From positions 32,674-96,673 of the forward strand of contig CALLAL010000034.1 in assembly GCA_938002255.1 (NCBI GenBank): 64,000 nt of DNA. Reading direction: 5' to 3'. A program made the position numbers and the translations under genes. Positions 29,450-39,172 of the stretch are shown one piece after another. The DNA is from an uncultured bacterium. Lineage in GTDB: Bacteria > Desulfobacterota > BSN033 > UBA1163. Within the stretch, counting starts at the first letter, position 1, and every line of letters begins with the position of its first letter. The notes beneath the pieces were generated by a model, which searched no databases, was not told the origin of the DNA, and saw only the letters and a program-made list of their open reading frames with translations.

Positions 29450-30277
29450 TTAACCGAAAAACCTGGGTCGCCTGTAACTGAGATAATGTTCGGCGATGAA
29501 ATTAAGGGGCTTCTTTGCCTTCGGGAAGTCTTCGTGTAAAGTCCAGAAAACCTCTGACAGCTCTAATTCTCTTGCCTTAGGATGCTCCGCAGCCAGCCGA
29601 TAAAATTTTCGGCCCTCCTGTTCATAGTCCTCTGCACTCATCCTCGTCTTCCCATAGAAAGAGGGCCTGAGAGCTCCTGAAAAAGGGTAACGGTAATCAT
29701 ATTCTGCATAGTCCGGGAACATGCCAAGAATGAAGAGACAGATATCAGCAATCCTCTTATAAAAACCGAGCTTATATTCATCATCCACTTCTTCGCTGAG
29801 ATCTATCAAGCTGAACAGGTCGATATCATTAAACTTAATATGTTCAAAAAGGTACTCCCCCACCTGAAGGGAAAAAATATATGTCTTAATGTGAGTAAAA
29901 GAGGAAAGCATATCAGCGAGATAGGCCAGCAGAGACTCTTTCCCCAGAAATTCCACCACCTCTTTCGTATCGAAGACAGGAATTTTTGCCGTTCCCGTCT
30001 TCTCGAGGGTAAAGCTCATCTCTTTTAACTCTCTAACTGCCTTTCGGAGAAGGATCTCAAAGAAGAGGGCCGGCGAAATTTTTAAAAATACCTCCTCCTG
30101 ATCCATCACCCTGCGAAAGACTTTTTCATCTTCAATAAATGTATTCCTTAATTTCTCATCTTCCCGGAGAATCTGTTTAAGCTTGGGTTTATCGAACACC
30201 CCAGGAGACGATGTTTCAATCAGAAAATCGAGGTCTCGATCGGATAGATTTAAACTTTTAAAAATCAACCTCGCCAT
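29450..30277 (-). CDS. Hypothetical protein
   Basis: 275-aa ORF with GGGAG RBS; mostly helical composition; no family recognised with confidence. Confidence 0.7.
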   Translation of the reverse strand: MARLIFKSLNLSDRDLDFLIETSSPGVFDKPKLKQILREDEKLRNTFIEDEKVFRRVMDQEEVFLKISPALFFEILLRKAVRELKEMSFTLEKTGTAKIPVFDTKEVVEFLGKESLLAYLADMLSSFTHIKTYIFSLQVGEYLFEHIKFNDIDLFSLIDLSEEVDDEYKLGFYKRIADICLFILGMFPDYAEYDYRYPFSGALRPSFYGKTRMSAEDYEQEGRKFYRLAAEHPKARELELSEVFWTLHEDFPKAKKPLNFIAEHYLSYRRPRFFG

Positions 30278-30773
30278 AAATTTTACTCCCCTTTGAATAT
30301 ATTATAGCTTAAAATATTATAACTTTCAGTGGTTGGACTGCTCAATGGAAACATATGCCACTGGCTCTTGTTTTTCTTTAAAAATCTTGAATGGCTCCCT
30401 AAAAAAATTAAACTCTAAAAAACGTTATTTCGATCTCCGATGATGCAGTATAAAAAATGATTCTACGGATTTCCCTTTCTCATTACCATATGTCTAATCG
30501 GTGAAATCGGTTTTAGTTGGTATAAAGCAGAAACTTGCTGCTTATTGTTATTACTTTTACTGTGAAACCGACTTGGAAGAGACGTCTGTGACCCCAAAAC
30601 ATCTACTTCTCCAAAAGGCAACCTTTGCTATAACCTGGATCCGCCTCGTTGACCCCGTTTCAACCATTCAAAAGTAAAGGTGGGAAAGTGAAGTTTATCG
30701 TTGCCTTGGAATGGGAGTGGGCATGCTTTTTACAGATAGCCCGGATTCCAGATTTTAAGTCATAATTTTTAGT

Positions 30774-31301
30774 TTGTATAACGGTTCGTTTGACGAACCC
30801 CTGGCAGGTTTTATTGCCAAACGTCAAAAGGAGGGGCAAGAATTCAATCTGGATGAACTCCTTCTCCTCTCTTATCTGAGGAATCATACTGAGATCGATG
30901 TCACGACAGCCGCAAAGCTTTGTCAGCGATCTGATGAAAAAATTCGGGACATCCTTGAGGGATTGGCCGTTCAACGCGGGACATGGTTAGAACGCCGTGG
31001 CAAAAAGAAAGGCGTAACCTATCATTTGAGCCGAAGTGCTGCCAGCGAATTATTGGGTAAAGTGGCTTATACACGGACAAGGGATATTGATGCTGTGCGT
31101 TATCCTGAACTTATTCGGGCCTATGTTCAACAACATGGATTCATTAATAATAGAGACTGCAGAGAGTTATTGGGTTTAGGAAGCTCAATAACGGCTAAGG
31201 TGAAAGCTTCAAGGTTATTAAGTCGTTGTGAGTTTTTAGAACGCTTTGGCCAAAAGCGGGGCACACAATATCGTTTAAAGTCTAATTTAAACGTTAAATA
31301 A
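30774..31301 (+). pseudogene. 5'-truncated ATP-binding/HTH transcriptional regulator (C-terminal remnant)
   Basis: No RBS or ATG; two winged-HTH-like segments (WLERRGKKKGVTYHL; GFINNRDCRELLG), resembling C-termini of AlbA/HATPase regulators found near RM loci. Confidence 0.55.
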
Positions 31302-31451
31302 TTATTTAACATGTTAAATAAATAAAATCTGTTTGATAAATAAAATTGATAAATAACTTTGAAATCAACATAAATTAATTAATCAAACTACATTAATTGC
31401 GTACAACATATCAAAATAATTTGATTTTTCTTTTAATAACTGGAGGGCCAA

Positions 31452-33541
31452 ATGACCCTTGCGGTTGACAATCCTATTATCAACTCCCCATTTGAAGAGC
31501 CCTTGAGATACTGGGATTACAGGGAGGGTCAACCTATTCTCTCTTCGGGGAGGCGGCCTGCGGGTTATTACCTCAGACCGAGAACCCGAGAAGCCCAACT
31601 CTCAATGCTTGAAGAGGAATTTGTGCTTCTTGAAATGGTCAATATGATCCGTGAAAAAGTCAAGAACTGGTGTGAAAGGAATTATCCAGGAATCATCTCC
31701 ATCACCCGCCAGCTCTTAAATCACTGGAACTACCCTGATAGGGAACGAAAGCTCTTCTTCTGCCAGAGAGAAGCCGCTGAGACGCTCATCTGGTTAAATG
31801 AGGCCTCACCGGCTGAGAGGCAGAGCATTATTATTCCAAAAGACGAATTCAATAACTCTTTAAAAGGAACCCTAACCCGATATGCCTGCAAGATGGCCAC
31901 CGGAAGCGGAAAAACCGTGGTGATGGGGATGGTCATTGCCTGGCAGGTTCTCAATAAACTGGCAAATCCACAGGATCGGCGTTACTCTGATGCGGTGCTT
32001 CTGGTCTGCCCTAACCTGACCATACGCGAAAGGCTTAAGGTCCTTTTGCCATGGAACAGAAAGAATTATTACGATCAGTTCGATCTGGTGCCAGTCTCTT
32101 TCAAAGAAAGGCTTCACAGAGGAAAGTTTTTTATTACCAACTGACATCTTTTCCAGCCTGAAGATGACTCAAGGAGAAGAGGGGTCGTTCAGAGAGGCCG
32201 GGAGAGTGAGCGCGCATTTTGCAATCGAGTTCTAAAGGATCTGGGAGGGAAACAACATCTTCTGGTCATTAACGACGAAGCACACCATGCATACCGTCCG
32301 GCACCTCTGTCCGAAGAGGTGAAAGAACAACTCTCGGCAGAAGAGATCGCCGAGCGGGAGGAGGCAACGGTCTGGGTCTCAGGGCTCGAGAAGATCCATG
32401 CTGTAAGGGGAATCAACTTCTGTGCTGATTTTTCAGCCACACCCTTCTATATTAGATGAACTATGACGATTTTACTGAACCGGAATATGTGGATGTTTAT
32501 GGTGTTCCCTTTGAGGTCATCCCGGTCAAGAAAAAACCGGTGGGCCGCACAGAGATCCAGAAAGTCTCAACTCTTATCCGTGCGTTACCTGAGCGTAAGC
32601 ATCTTGAGATTACTTTTCCGAGGGTGGAAGGTTATGTTTTCGATGTAAGGCAAAGGATAAAAATAAACTTAGAGGCCATTCCATTCCTAATCATTGATCC
32701 TACAAGTGCTCCCACAGAAGTCCAGGTCAAACCTGCTGCTGGTTACCGAATTGGGAGACCCGACAGGCTTGGCCCTGGCTCAGAGGTGATGCATGACCGA
32801 AATCCTTTTCATCAGGAGAAGAGACTCCAAGCGAGTGTTTACGAAATTGCGGCAGAACTCACCCAACGCCTCAAGAATCGGCGTGAAGATTGGAACGCAA
32901 GGCATATCCTATTTCCGCAGGTGCTGGATATTGTCCAACAATATATCGATAATCGGGTAGTCATAACTAACGAGGCTCCTCTTGAGGAAATAGCCCTGCT
33001 GAAATACAGGCAAAGAATCCTTGAGCGGTTAACGGAGGCGATTGAGCCTGATAGAGAGGCTGGCGAATCTCCTGTTTTACCGGTGATTGAGCGCTTTCGT
33101 CCTGTTGGGTCAACTTCGGAAGTTCTTTTCAGGACGGTTCGGCCTACCATTGGAACCACAAAAAGCCACATCAGCCATGTCGTTTTAGACGCTCCTAAGT
33201 GGGAGCATAGCGTGGCTTTTCAGTTAGAAAAAATACCGGAAGTTCTATCTTTTGCCCGAAATGATCATCTCGACCTGACCATACCCTACGAATGGCAGGG
33301 TATTCGCCATGAATACCGCCCCGATTATTTGATACGGTTAAAAGGTAAAGATGGCTTTGAAATCAAAGTAATCCTTGAGGCGAAGGGGTTTGAGACAGAG
33401 CAGGACAGGCAGAAGGAAACAGCGACAAAGAGATGGGTAAAGGCGGTCAATCATCATGGAGAATTCGGGCACTGGGCATTTGCCATTTGTAAGGCCCCCT
33501 CAAAGCTTAAAAATTCCTTGAGAGAAATAGGCCTTTCATAA
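31452..33541 (+). pseudogene. Disrupted type III restriction enzyme Res subunit (BPTD_3080-like)
   Basis: NPIINSPF, MATGSGKT, NDEAHH, SATP, YRPD...LEAKG. Nonsense TGA at 32142, then a frame change and apparent internal deletion near 32455. Confidence 0.82.
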
Positions 33542-33585
33542 AAACCCTCATGAATACCTCATGATCCAAACAAAAAATCCCATCC

Positions 33586-33615
33586 TTGACAAGATATGAC
33601 GGACTGACTTATATT
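33586..33615 (+). promoter_or_regulatory. Sigma70-like promoter for the tmk operon
   Basis: TTGACA-18 bp-TATATT. Confidence 0.5.
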
Positions 33616-33642
33616 TTGGCTTAGATTTCAAATATTTATTTA

Positions 33643-34323
33643 ATGTCCAAAGGAGCAACTTTGTCTCTTTTCATTACCTTTGAGGGAGTGGAGGGAAGTG
33701 GAAAGACCACTCAGATTCAACGTCTGAAAAGATATCTGGTCCGAAAGGGAATTCCCTGCAAGGTGACGCGGGAGCCAGGAGGCCCTCCGATCAGTGAAAA
33801 AATCCGAAAGATCCTTCTTGACCCGAACCATAAAAAGCTGACTCCCTTTAGCGAACTCCTTCTTTACGAAGCGGCACGGGCACAGCATGTGATTGAAATC
33901 ATCGAACCTCTGCGCAAAAAGGGAATCGTCGTTCTCTGCGATCGCTTCAACGACGCCACAGTAGCCTATCAGGGCTATGGACGAAAACTTGACCAGAACC
34001 TGATCCAAACGCTCAATAGGCTCGCCTCTCAGGGAATCAAACCGGATCTCACCTTTCTTCTCGATTGCCCCTCGGATATTGGTCTGAAAAGGGCACTCCA
34101 AAGAAATCGAATTTCAAAAAACGAGAAAGAAGGGCGTTTCGAAAGTGAGAGTATCCAGTTTCATCATCGGGTGAGAAGAGGCTACCTCGAAATTGCAAAG
34201 AAGGAACCCCATCGGGTCAGGGTGATCGACACCCGACTTGGTGAAGATAAGGTGTTTGAGAAAATCCGTGAGATGGTGGAAAAATTATTAGTTCGAGGTT
34301 CTAAGTTCAGGACTCGGAGTTAA
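33643..34323 (+). CDS. tmk: Thymidylate kinase
   Basis: FEGVEGSGKTT, TREPGG, CDRF, AYQGYGR. Confidence 0.95.
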   Translation: MSKGATLSLFITFEGVEGSGKTTQIQRLKRYLVRKGIPCKVTREPGGPPISEKIRKILLDPNHKKLTPFSELLLYEAARAQHVIEIIEPLRKKGIVVLCDRFNDATVAYQGYGRKLDQNLIQTLNRLASQGIKPDLTFLLDCPSDIGLKRALQRNRISKNEKEGRFESESIQFHHRVRRGYLEIAKKEPHRVRVIDTRLGEDKVFEKIREMVEKLLVRGSKFRTRS

Positions 34324-34406
34324 ATCAAAATTTCGTATCAGTCTCTTTTTTTCGCTCCGAACCAAAGAAGCCTCATTACGCCGATCTTTTTTTTGGAGAA
34401 AAGACG

Positions 34407-35384
34407 ATGTCTTTCAAAGATGTGATGGGCCATGAAAAGCCTATTCTTTTGCTTCAGCGAGCCATTGCTCAGAATAAGGTAACCCACAGTTATCTCTTCA
34501 CAGGGAATGATGGGATCGGCAAGAGTCTCGTTGCGCTACAATTTGCCAAAGCCCTGAATTGCCTTCAGGGAGAGAATCCATTGGATGGGTGTGATCGCTG
34601 CTCTTCCTGTAGAAAAATCGATCGTGCTCTCCACCCTGATGTTTTGCTCATTGAACCGGAAGGGCAAACCCTAAAGGTGGACCAGGTCAGGGAGATGCAG
34701 TCCGCCATCGCTTACAGGCCTTATGAGGGCAGACGGAAGGTCTTTATCCTGGCAGCAGCCGATCGGATGGCACCCCATATGTCCAACACCCTCCTTAAAA
34801 CATTAGAGGAACCTCCCCTACACACGGTGATCATTCTTTTAGCCAAAAGTCCTAAGGGGATTCTTCCCACCATCCTCTCCCGTTGCCAATCCATTCGATT
34901 CAATTCACTTCCTCCCCAACTGGTCTCTGAATGGTTGATGAAGGAGAAAGGGCTTAATGAAAACGAAGCCCGTCTGCTTAGCTCTCTTTCAGAAGGAAGC
35001 CCTGGAAAAGCCTTGGAAATAAAGGAGGAGATTTCCGAAATCCCGCGAGAAGAGCTTCTCAAGAGGTGGATAGGATCGAAATCCTTTTCCATGGAAGAAA
35101 AAGAAGGCTGGATCGAATCGTTTCCATCTCAACGGGAGAACCTCCACCTGATTCTTGAGGTGGCAAAGACCCTGCTGAGAGATCTTATTCTCATTCAGAC
35201 TACAGGGGATCAAACAAAGTTAATCCATTCTGACCTCACAGAGGAGATAGAACAGATAGCAAAACAATGGGAGACTCCACATCTTTTAAACAGAATGGAT
35301 CTTCTCCATCACGCCACTTGGGCGATTAAAGGAAATGCCAATATGAGATTAACCCTGGAGGCGATGATGCTCTCCTGGGCTTAG
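34407..35384 (+). CDS. holB: DNA polymerase III delta' subunit
   Basis: HSYLFTG..GIGK, zinc C...CDRCSSC, HPD, LLKTLEEPP, TILSRC; follows tmk. Confidence 0.92.
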   Translation: MSFKDVMGHEKPILLLQRAIAQNKVTHSYLFTGNDGIGKSLVALQFAKALNCLQGENPLDGCDRCSSCRKIDRALHPDVLLIEPEGQTLKVDQVREMQSAIAYRPYEGRRKVFILAAADRMAPHMSNTLLKTLEEPPLHTVIILLAKSPKGILPTILSRCQSIRFNSLPPQLVSEWLMKEKGLNENEARLLSSLSEGSPGKALEIKEEISEIPREELLKRWIGSKSFSMEEKEGWIESFPSQRENLHLILEVAKTLLRDLILIQTTGDQTKLIHSDLTEEIEQIAKQWETPHLLNRMDLLHHATWAIKGNANMRLTLEAMMLSWA

Positions 35385-35498
35385 TGGAAAACTCTATGGA
35401 TAACGTTTATACTTCGATTGAACGAAAAACATCACGCTCAATCGAAATGATGATAAGGGTGGAAAGGCCGATGGCTTTACCCCGAAGGATAACGCAAA

Positions 35499-36284
35499 AT
35501 GATTCGGATGGTTTATGTCAAAATGATGAATGGTAAAACAGAAGCATTGGAGGCAGGAGACCTTCCCCTGAGTCACGGAGAAGCGGTGATCGTTGAGTCG
35601 GATAAGGGATTGGTGATGGGAAAAGTGCTCTCCTCTCCCCACGACAGGGAAATCCAGCCAATGGAAAAACCCCCGAAGAAGGTACTCCGTAAGGCGACCT
35701 CCGAGGATCTTGAACAGTTTCAAAAAAATCAACAACTGGAAAAGGAGGCATTTCAGTTCTGCCTTGAAAAAGTGAAGGAAAAGAATCTTCAGATGAAGCT
35801 GGTGAAGACGGAAGTTCTTTTCGATCGCTCCAAGATTCTTTTCTATTTTACAGCTGAAAAAAGGGTCGATTTTAGGGAACTGGTCAAGGATCTAGCCGCC
35901 CAGTTCAAGATGCGAATTGAGATGCGTCAAATCGGAGTGAGAGATGAGGCGAAGATGATCTGCGGGCTTGGAAGTTGTGGCCGAGAGCTCTGTTGTTCTC
36001 GTTTTTTAAATCAGTTCGAACTCGTCTCCGTCAAAATGGCTAAAGAACAGAACATCGCTCTAAATCCGACCAAGATCTCAGGCATTTGTGGTCGCTTGAT
36101 GTGCTGTTTGGCTTATGAATATCCCATTTACACAGATCTCAAAAAAGACCTTCCAAAGGTGGGAAAGCACATCGTCACCCGTTCTGGCAAGGGAAAAGTC
36201 ATCCGGCAGAATGTCCTGAACCAGACCGTCACCGTTCAACTGGAAGAAGGGGGAGAGGTTACGATTCATGTGTCCGAAATCTAA
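35499..36284 (+). CDS. PSP1 domain protein (YaaT/RicT)
   Basis: FYFTAEKRVDFRELVK, RQIGVRDEA, CGRELCC, SGICGRLMCCL. Confidence 0.92.
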   Translation: MIRMVYVKMMNGKTEALEAGDLPLSHGEAVIVESDKGLVMGKVLSSPHDREIQPMEKPPKKVLRKATSEDLEQFQKNQQLEKEAFQFCLEKVKEKNLQMKLVKTEVLFDRSKILFYFTAEKRVDFRELVKDLAAQFKMRIEMRQIGVRDEAKMICGLGSCGRELCCSRFLNQFELVSVKMAKEQNIALNPTKISGICGRLMCCLAYEYPIYTDLKKDLPKVGKHIVTRSGKGKVIRQNVLNQTVTVQLEEGGEVTIHVSEI

Positions 36285-37839
36285 AGGAACTTTCTACATC
36301 ACCACACCCATTTATTATGTCAATGATGTCCCCCATATTGGTCATGCTTATACCACAGTGGCTGCAGATGTGTTGGTTCGCTTCAAACGGCTCGAAGGAT
36401 ATCAAGCCTTTTTTCTCACCGGCACGGATGAGCATGGTCAGAAGGTTGAAAAAGCCGCACAGGAACGGGGCGTCGATCCAAAAGTTCACTGTGACGAAAT
36501 GGTTAAACGGTTCCAGTCTCTCTGGAGAAGGCTGAACATCTCCAATGACGACTTTATTCGAACAACTGAGGATCGTCATAAAAAAGTGGTCCAGAAGATC
36601 CTGCAAGATCTCTATGACCGAGGAGAGATCTATCAGGCAAGTTATGAGGGTTGGTACTGCATTCCCTGCGAACGGTTCTGGACGGAAAAAGATCTCACCG
36701 AGGGAAAATGCCCGGATTGTCTCCGGGAGGTTGTCGAGATTTCAGAGAAGAATTACTTTTTCAGGATGAGTCAATATCAATCCTGGCTGATCGATCACAT
36801 TGAAAAGAATGACCGGTTCATTCTTCCTCCATCAAGACGAAATGAGATTTTAGGATTTCTCCAGAACCCTCTTGAAGACCTCTGTATCTCAAGACCTAAA
36901 AAGCGTCTCAAATGGGGCATTGAAATTCCCTTTGATCCGGATTATGTAACCTATGTCTGGTTTGATGCTCTGATCAATTATGTCAGCGGAATCGGTTACA
37001 GTTCGGACAATCCTCGCTTCTCTGATTTCTGGCCAGAAGCCATCCATTTGATCGGCAAGGACATCCTCACCACACACACGGTTTACTGGCCCACCATGCT
37101 TCGAGGAATAGGATTGACACCCCCTAAGATGGTTTTTGCCCATGGCTGGTGGACCGTGGAGGGGAAAAAGATGTCTAAATCTCTCCAGAATGTGGTGGAG
37201 CCAAACCGTTTGATTGACACCTATGGCGTGGATGCCCTTCGATACTTTCTGATGCGGGAGGTTCCTTTCGGCATGGATGGAGATTTTTCCCATGCTACCA
37301 TGGTCCACCGGATCAATAGCGATCTTGCCAATGATCTCGGAAATCTCTTCAGCCGTGCCCTCAGCATGGTGATCCGATATTTCGACGGCATCATCCCCGT
37401 ACCTTCTTCCCTCCAAGAGATTGACTTACGACTCCAGGAGTCCTCAGCAAAAGTGATCGCTCAACTTCCAGGGCAGATGAACGATCTTGCCTTTAACAAG
37501 GCCCTGATCACACTCTGGGAAATCGTGAGCGCTTCGAATAAGTATGTCGATGAGACCGCTCCCTGGTCTCTCGCTAAAGAGGAGAAAGATCGGCCCCGTC
37601 TCGCCACGGTTCTTTACCAGACCCTCGAGGCGCTTCGAATCATAGCGCTACTTCTTGCTCCCTTTATGCCCACGACCGCAGAAAAGATGTGGACCCATCT
37701 CGGGATGGAATCTAACCTCTGGGAACAAAATTTAGAAGCCGATGGAAATTGGGGAGGATTGAAGCCAGGGGGAAAAATAGTAAAACCAACGCCGCTCTTT
37801 CCAAGAATAGATACGACGAAAATGGAAAAGAAGATTTAG
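36268..37839 (+). CDS. metG: Methionine--tRNA ligase (short form)
   Basis: YITTPIYYVN, HIGH, GTDEHG, YVWFDAL, KMSKS. Confidence 0.95.
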   Translation: MCPKSKGTFYITTPIYYVNDVPHIGHAYTTVAADVLVRFKRLEGYQAFFLTGTDEHGQKVEKAAQERGVDPKVHCDEMVKRFQSLWRRLNISNDDFIRTTEDRHKKVVQKILQDLYDRGEIYQASYEGWYCIPCERFWTEKDLTEGKCPDCLREVVEISEKNYFFRMSQYQSWLIDHIEKNDRFILPPSRRNEILGFLQNPLEDLCISRPKKRLKWGIEIPFDPDYVTYVWFDALINYVSGIGYSSDNPRFSDFWPEAIHLIGKDILTTHTVYWPTMLRGIGLTPPKMVFAHGWWTVEGKKMSKSLQNVVEPNRLIDTYGVDALRYFLMREVPFGMDGDFSHATMVHRINSDLANDLGNLFSRALSMVIRYFDGIIPVPSSLQEIDLRLQESSAKVIAQLPGQMNDLAFNKALITLWEIVSASNKYVDETAPWSLAKEEKDRPRLATVLYQTLEALRIIALLLAPFMPTTAEKMWTHLGMESNLWEQNLEADGNWGGLKPGGKIVKPTPLFPRIDTTKMEKKI

Positions 37840-37858
37840 GTGAGGGAGAAGAGAGGGG

Positions 37859-38320
37859 ATGAAAAAACCCCAGCCGATTCAATCCATACTCGAACAGACA
37901 CTTAAAGGCCTGGAACTTGACCTTCCCCTTAAGACTTCCTCCCTCTGGAGATCATGGAAAGAGATCGTGGGGGACCCTATTTGCCTCCATACAAAGCCTC
38001 ATGCCATCCGTAATCGCATCCTCTTTATTACCGTCTCTCATTCCACCTGGATGCAGCAGCTTCAATTTTTAAAATCCTCCCTTCTCAATAAGATCCATCG
38101 TTTTCTGGGTGAACCTTTGATCGAGGACATCCGATTCAAGGTAGGGAAAATCCATCAGGTCGAAACCCCATCTCCCAAAAAGGGCGATGAACCTCTTGAT
38201 CGAAAAACGATCGAGCGGATCGAAAAACTACTTGAGAATATCACCGACGAGGAAGTGAAAGAAGGATTCCGAAACCTTCTGACCCAGAGCGCCAAACATA
38301 AATGCCACGGATCGTCATAA
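37859..38320 (+). CDS. DUF721 / DciA-like protein
   Basis: WKEIVG...HTKP...LFITVSHSTWMQQL...IRFKVG. Confidence 0.8.
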   Translation: MKKPQPIQSILEQTLKGLELDLPLKTSSLWRSWKEIVGDPICLHTKPHAIRNRILFITVSHSTWMQQLQFLKSSLLNKIHRFLGEPLIEDIRFKVGKIHQVETPSPKKGDEPLDRKTIERIEKLLENITDEEVKEGFRNLLTQSAKHKCHGSS

Positions 38321-38337
38321 AAACGTGGGGCATCCTT

Positions 38338-39033
38338 TCACTTCTTTTCCTGGATGGAGATCAGTTCCACTTCAAAGATCAAGGTGGCATTGGGACCAAT
38401 TCGTGGTCCAGCGCCCCTTTCGCCATAGGCGAGCTGGGGAGGAATAAAGAGCTGCCACTTGGCTCCCTCCTCCATTAACTGGAGAGCCTCGGTCCAGCCT
38501 GGAATGACTCCGTTAACTGGAAAACTGGCAGGTTGACCCCTGCGGTAGGAACTATCAAATTCTGTCCCATCGATCAAAGTTCCTTTATAATGAGTGGTCA
38601 CCGTATCCGTCAAGTTCGGTTTTTTCCCGCTTCCTTTCTTTAACACTTTATACTGAAGGCCACTGGTCAACGTGACCACCCCCTCTTTTTTCTTGTTTTC
38701 TGCAAGAAAAGCCTCTCCTTCTTTCTTATTTTTTTCTCCCATTCTCTTGGTTACCTCCTCCTGTTTAACTTGCATCTCTTTCTGAAATGCGGCTATCGTT
38801 TCTTTAATCTCCTGATCACTCATCAAGGGTTTACTCCCAGAGAGGCCATCTTTAATTCCCCTGAGAAGGATGTCCGGATTCACATCTACGGATTGATTTT
38901 TAAGATTCATTCCGATATCCATCCCGATGACATAACTCAGACGATCTTTCTGATTTTTGGGCCCTTCTTTCTCTTGCCCAAAAGTCTGGTTGAAGAACAA
39001 CAACACCATCATGATGATCCCAAGGTATTTCAT
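38338..39033 (-). CDS. FKBP-type peptidyl-prolyl isomerase (FkpA/Mip)
   Basis: SYVIG, SGLQYKV, HYKGTLIDGTEFDSS, VIPGWTEAL, LAYG. Confidence 0.93.
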   Translation of the reverse strand: MKYLGIIMMVLLFFNQTFGQEKEGPKNQKDRLSYVIGMDIGMNLKNQSVDVNPDILLRGIKDGLSGSKPLMSDQEIKETIAAFQKEMQVKQEEVTKRMGEKNKKEGEAFLAENKKKEGVVTLTSGLQYKVLKKGSGKKPNLTDTVTTHYKGTLIDGTEFDSSYRRGQPASFPVNGVIPGWTEALQLMEEGAKWQLFIPPQLAYGERGAGPRIGPNATLIFEVELISIQEKK

Positions 39034-39108
39034 ATCAACCCCTTCCTGAAAACGTATTTTTATCTTAAATTTATTTAATTTTAAAAGGATATTCTTCAGG
39101 ATGCAAAG

Positions 39109-39139
39109 AAAAAAGCGTCCAACTCGTGGTTAGACGCTT
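39109..39139 (-). terminator. Intrinsic terminator of the nuo operon
   Basis: Minus strand AAGCGTCTAAC-CACGA-GTTGGACGCTT followed by a T run. Confidence 0.75.
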
Positions 39140-39172
39140 GTTGATGTTTCTTTCAACCTTTCAAAAAAGGAT

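Noticed and set aside
30580-30662. TGACCCC motifs suggesting RAYT-associated REPs at the island edge
   Set aside because: Only two short matches, with no paired hairpins and no transposase.
32142-32144. In-frame TGA in res as selenocysteine or recoded Trp
   Set aside because: It falls at a probable Trp position, there is no clear SECIS, the gene has a second lesion, and TGA terminates many other genes in this window.
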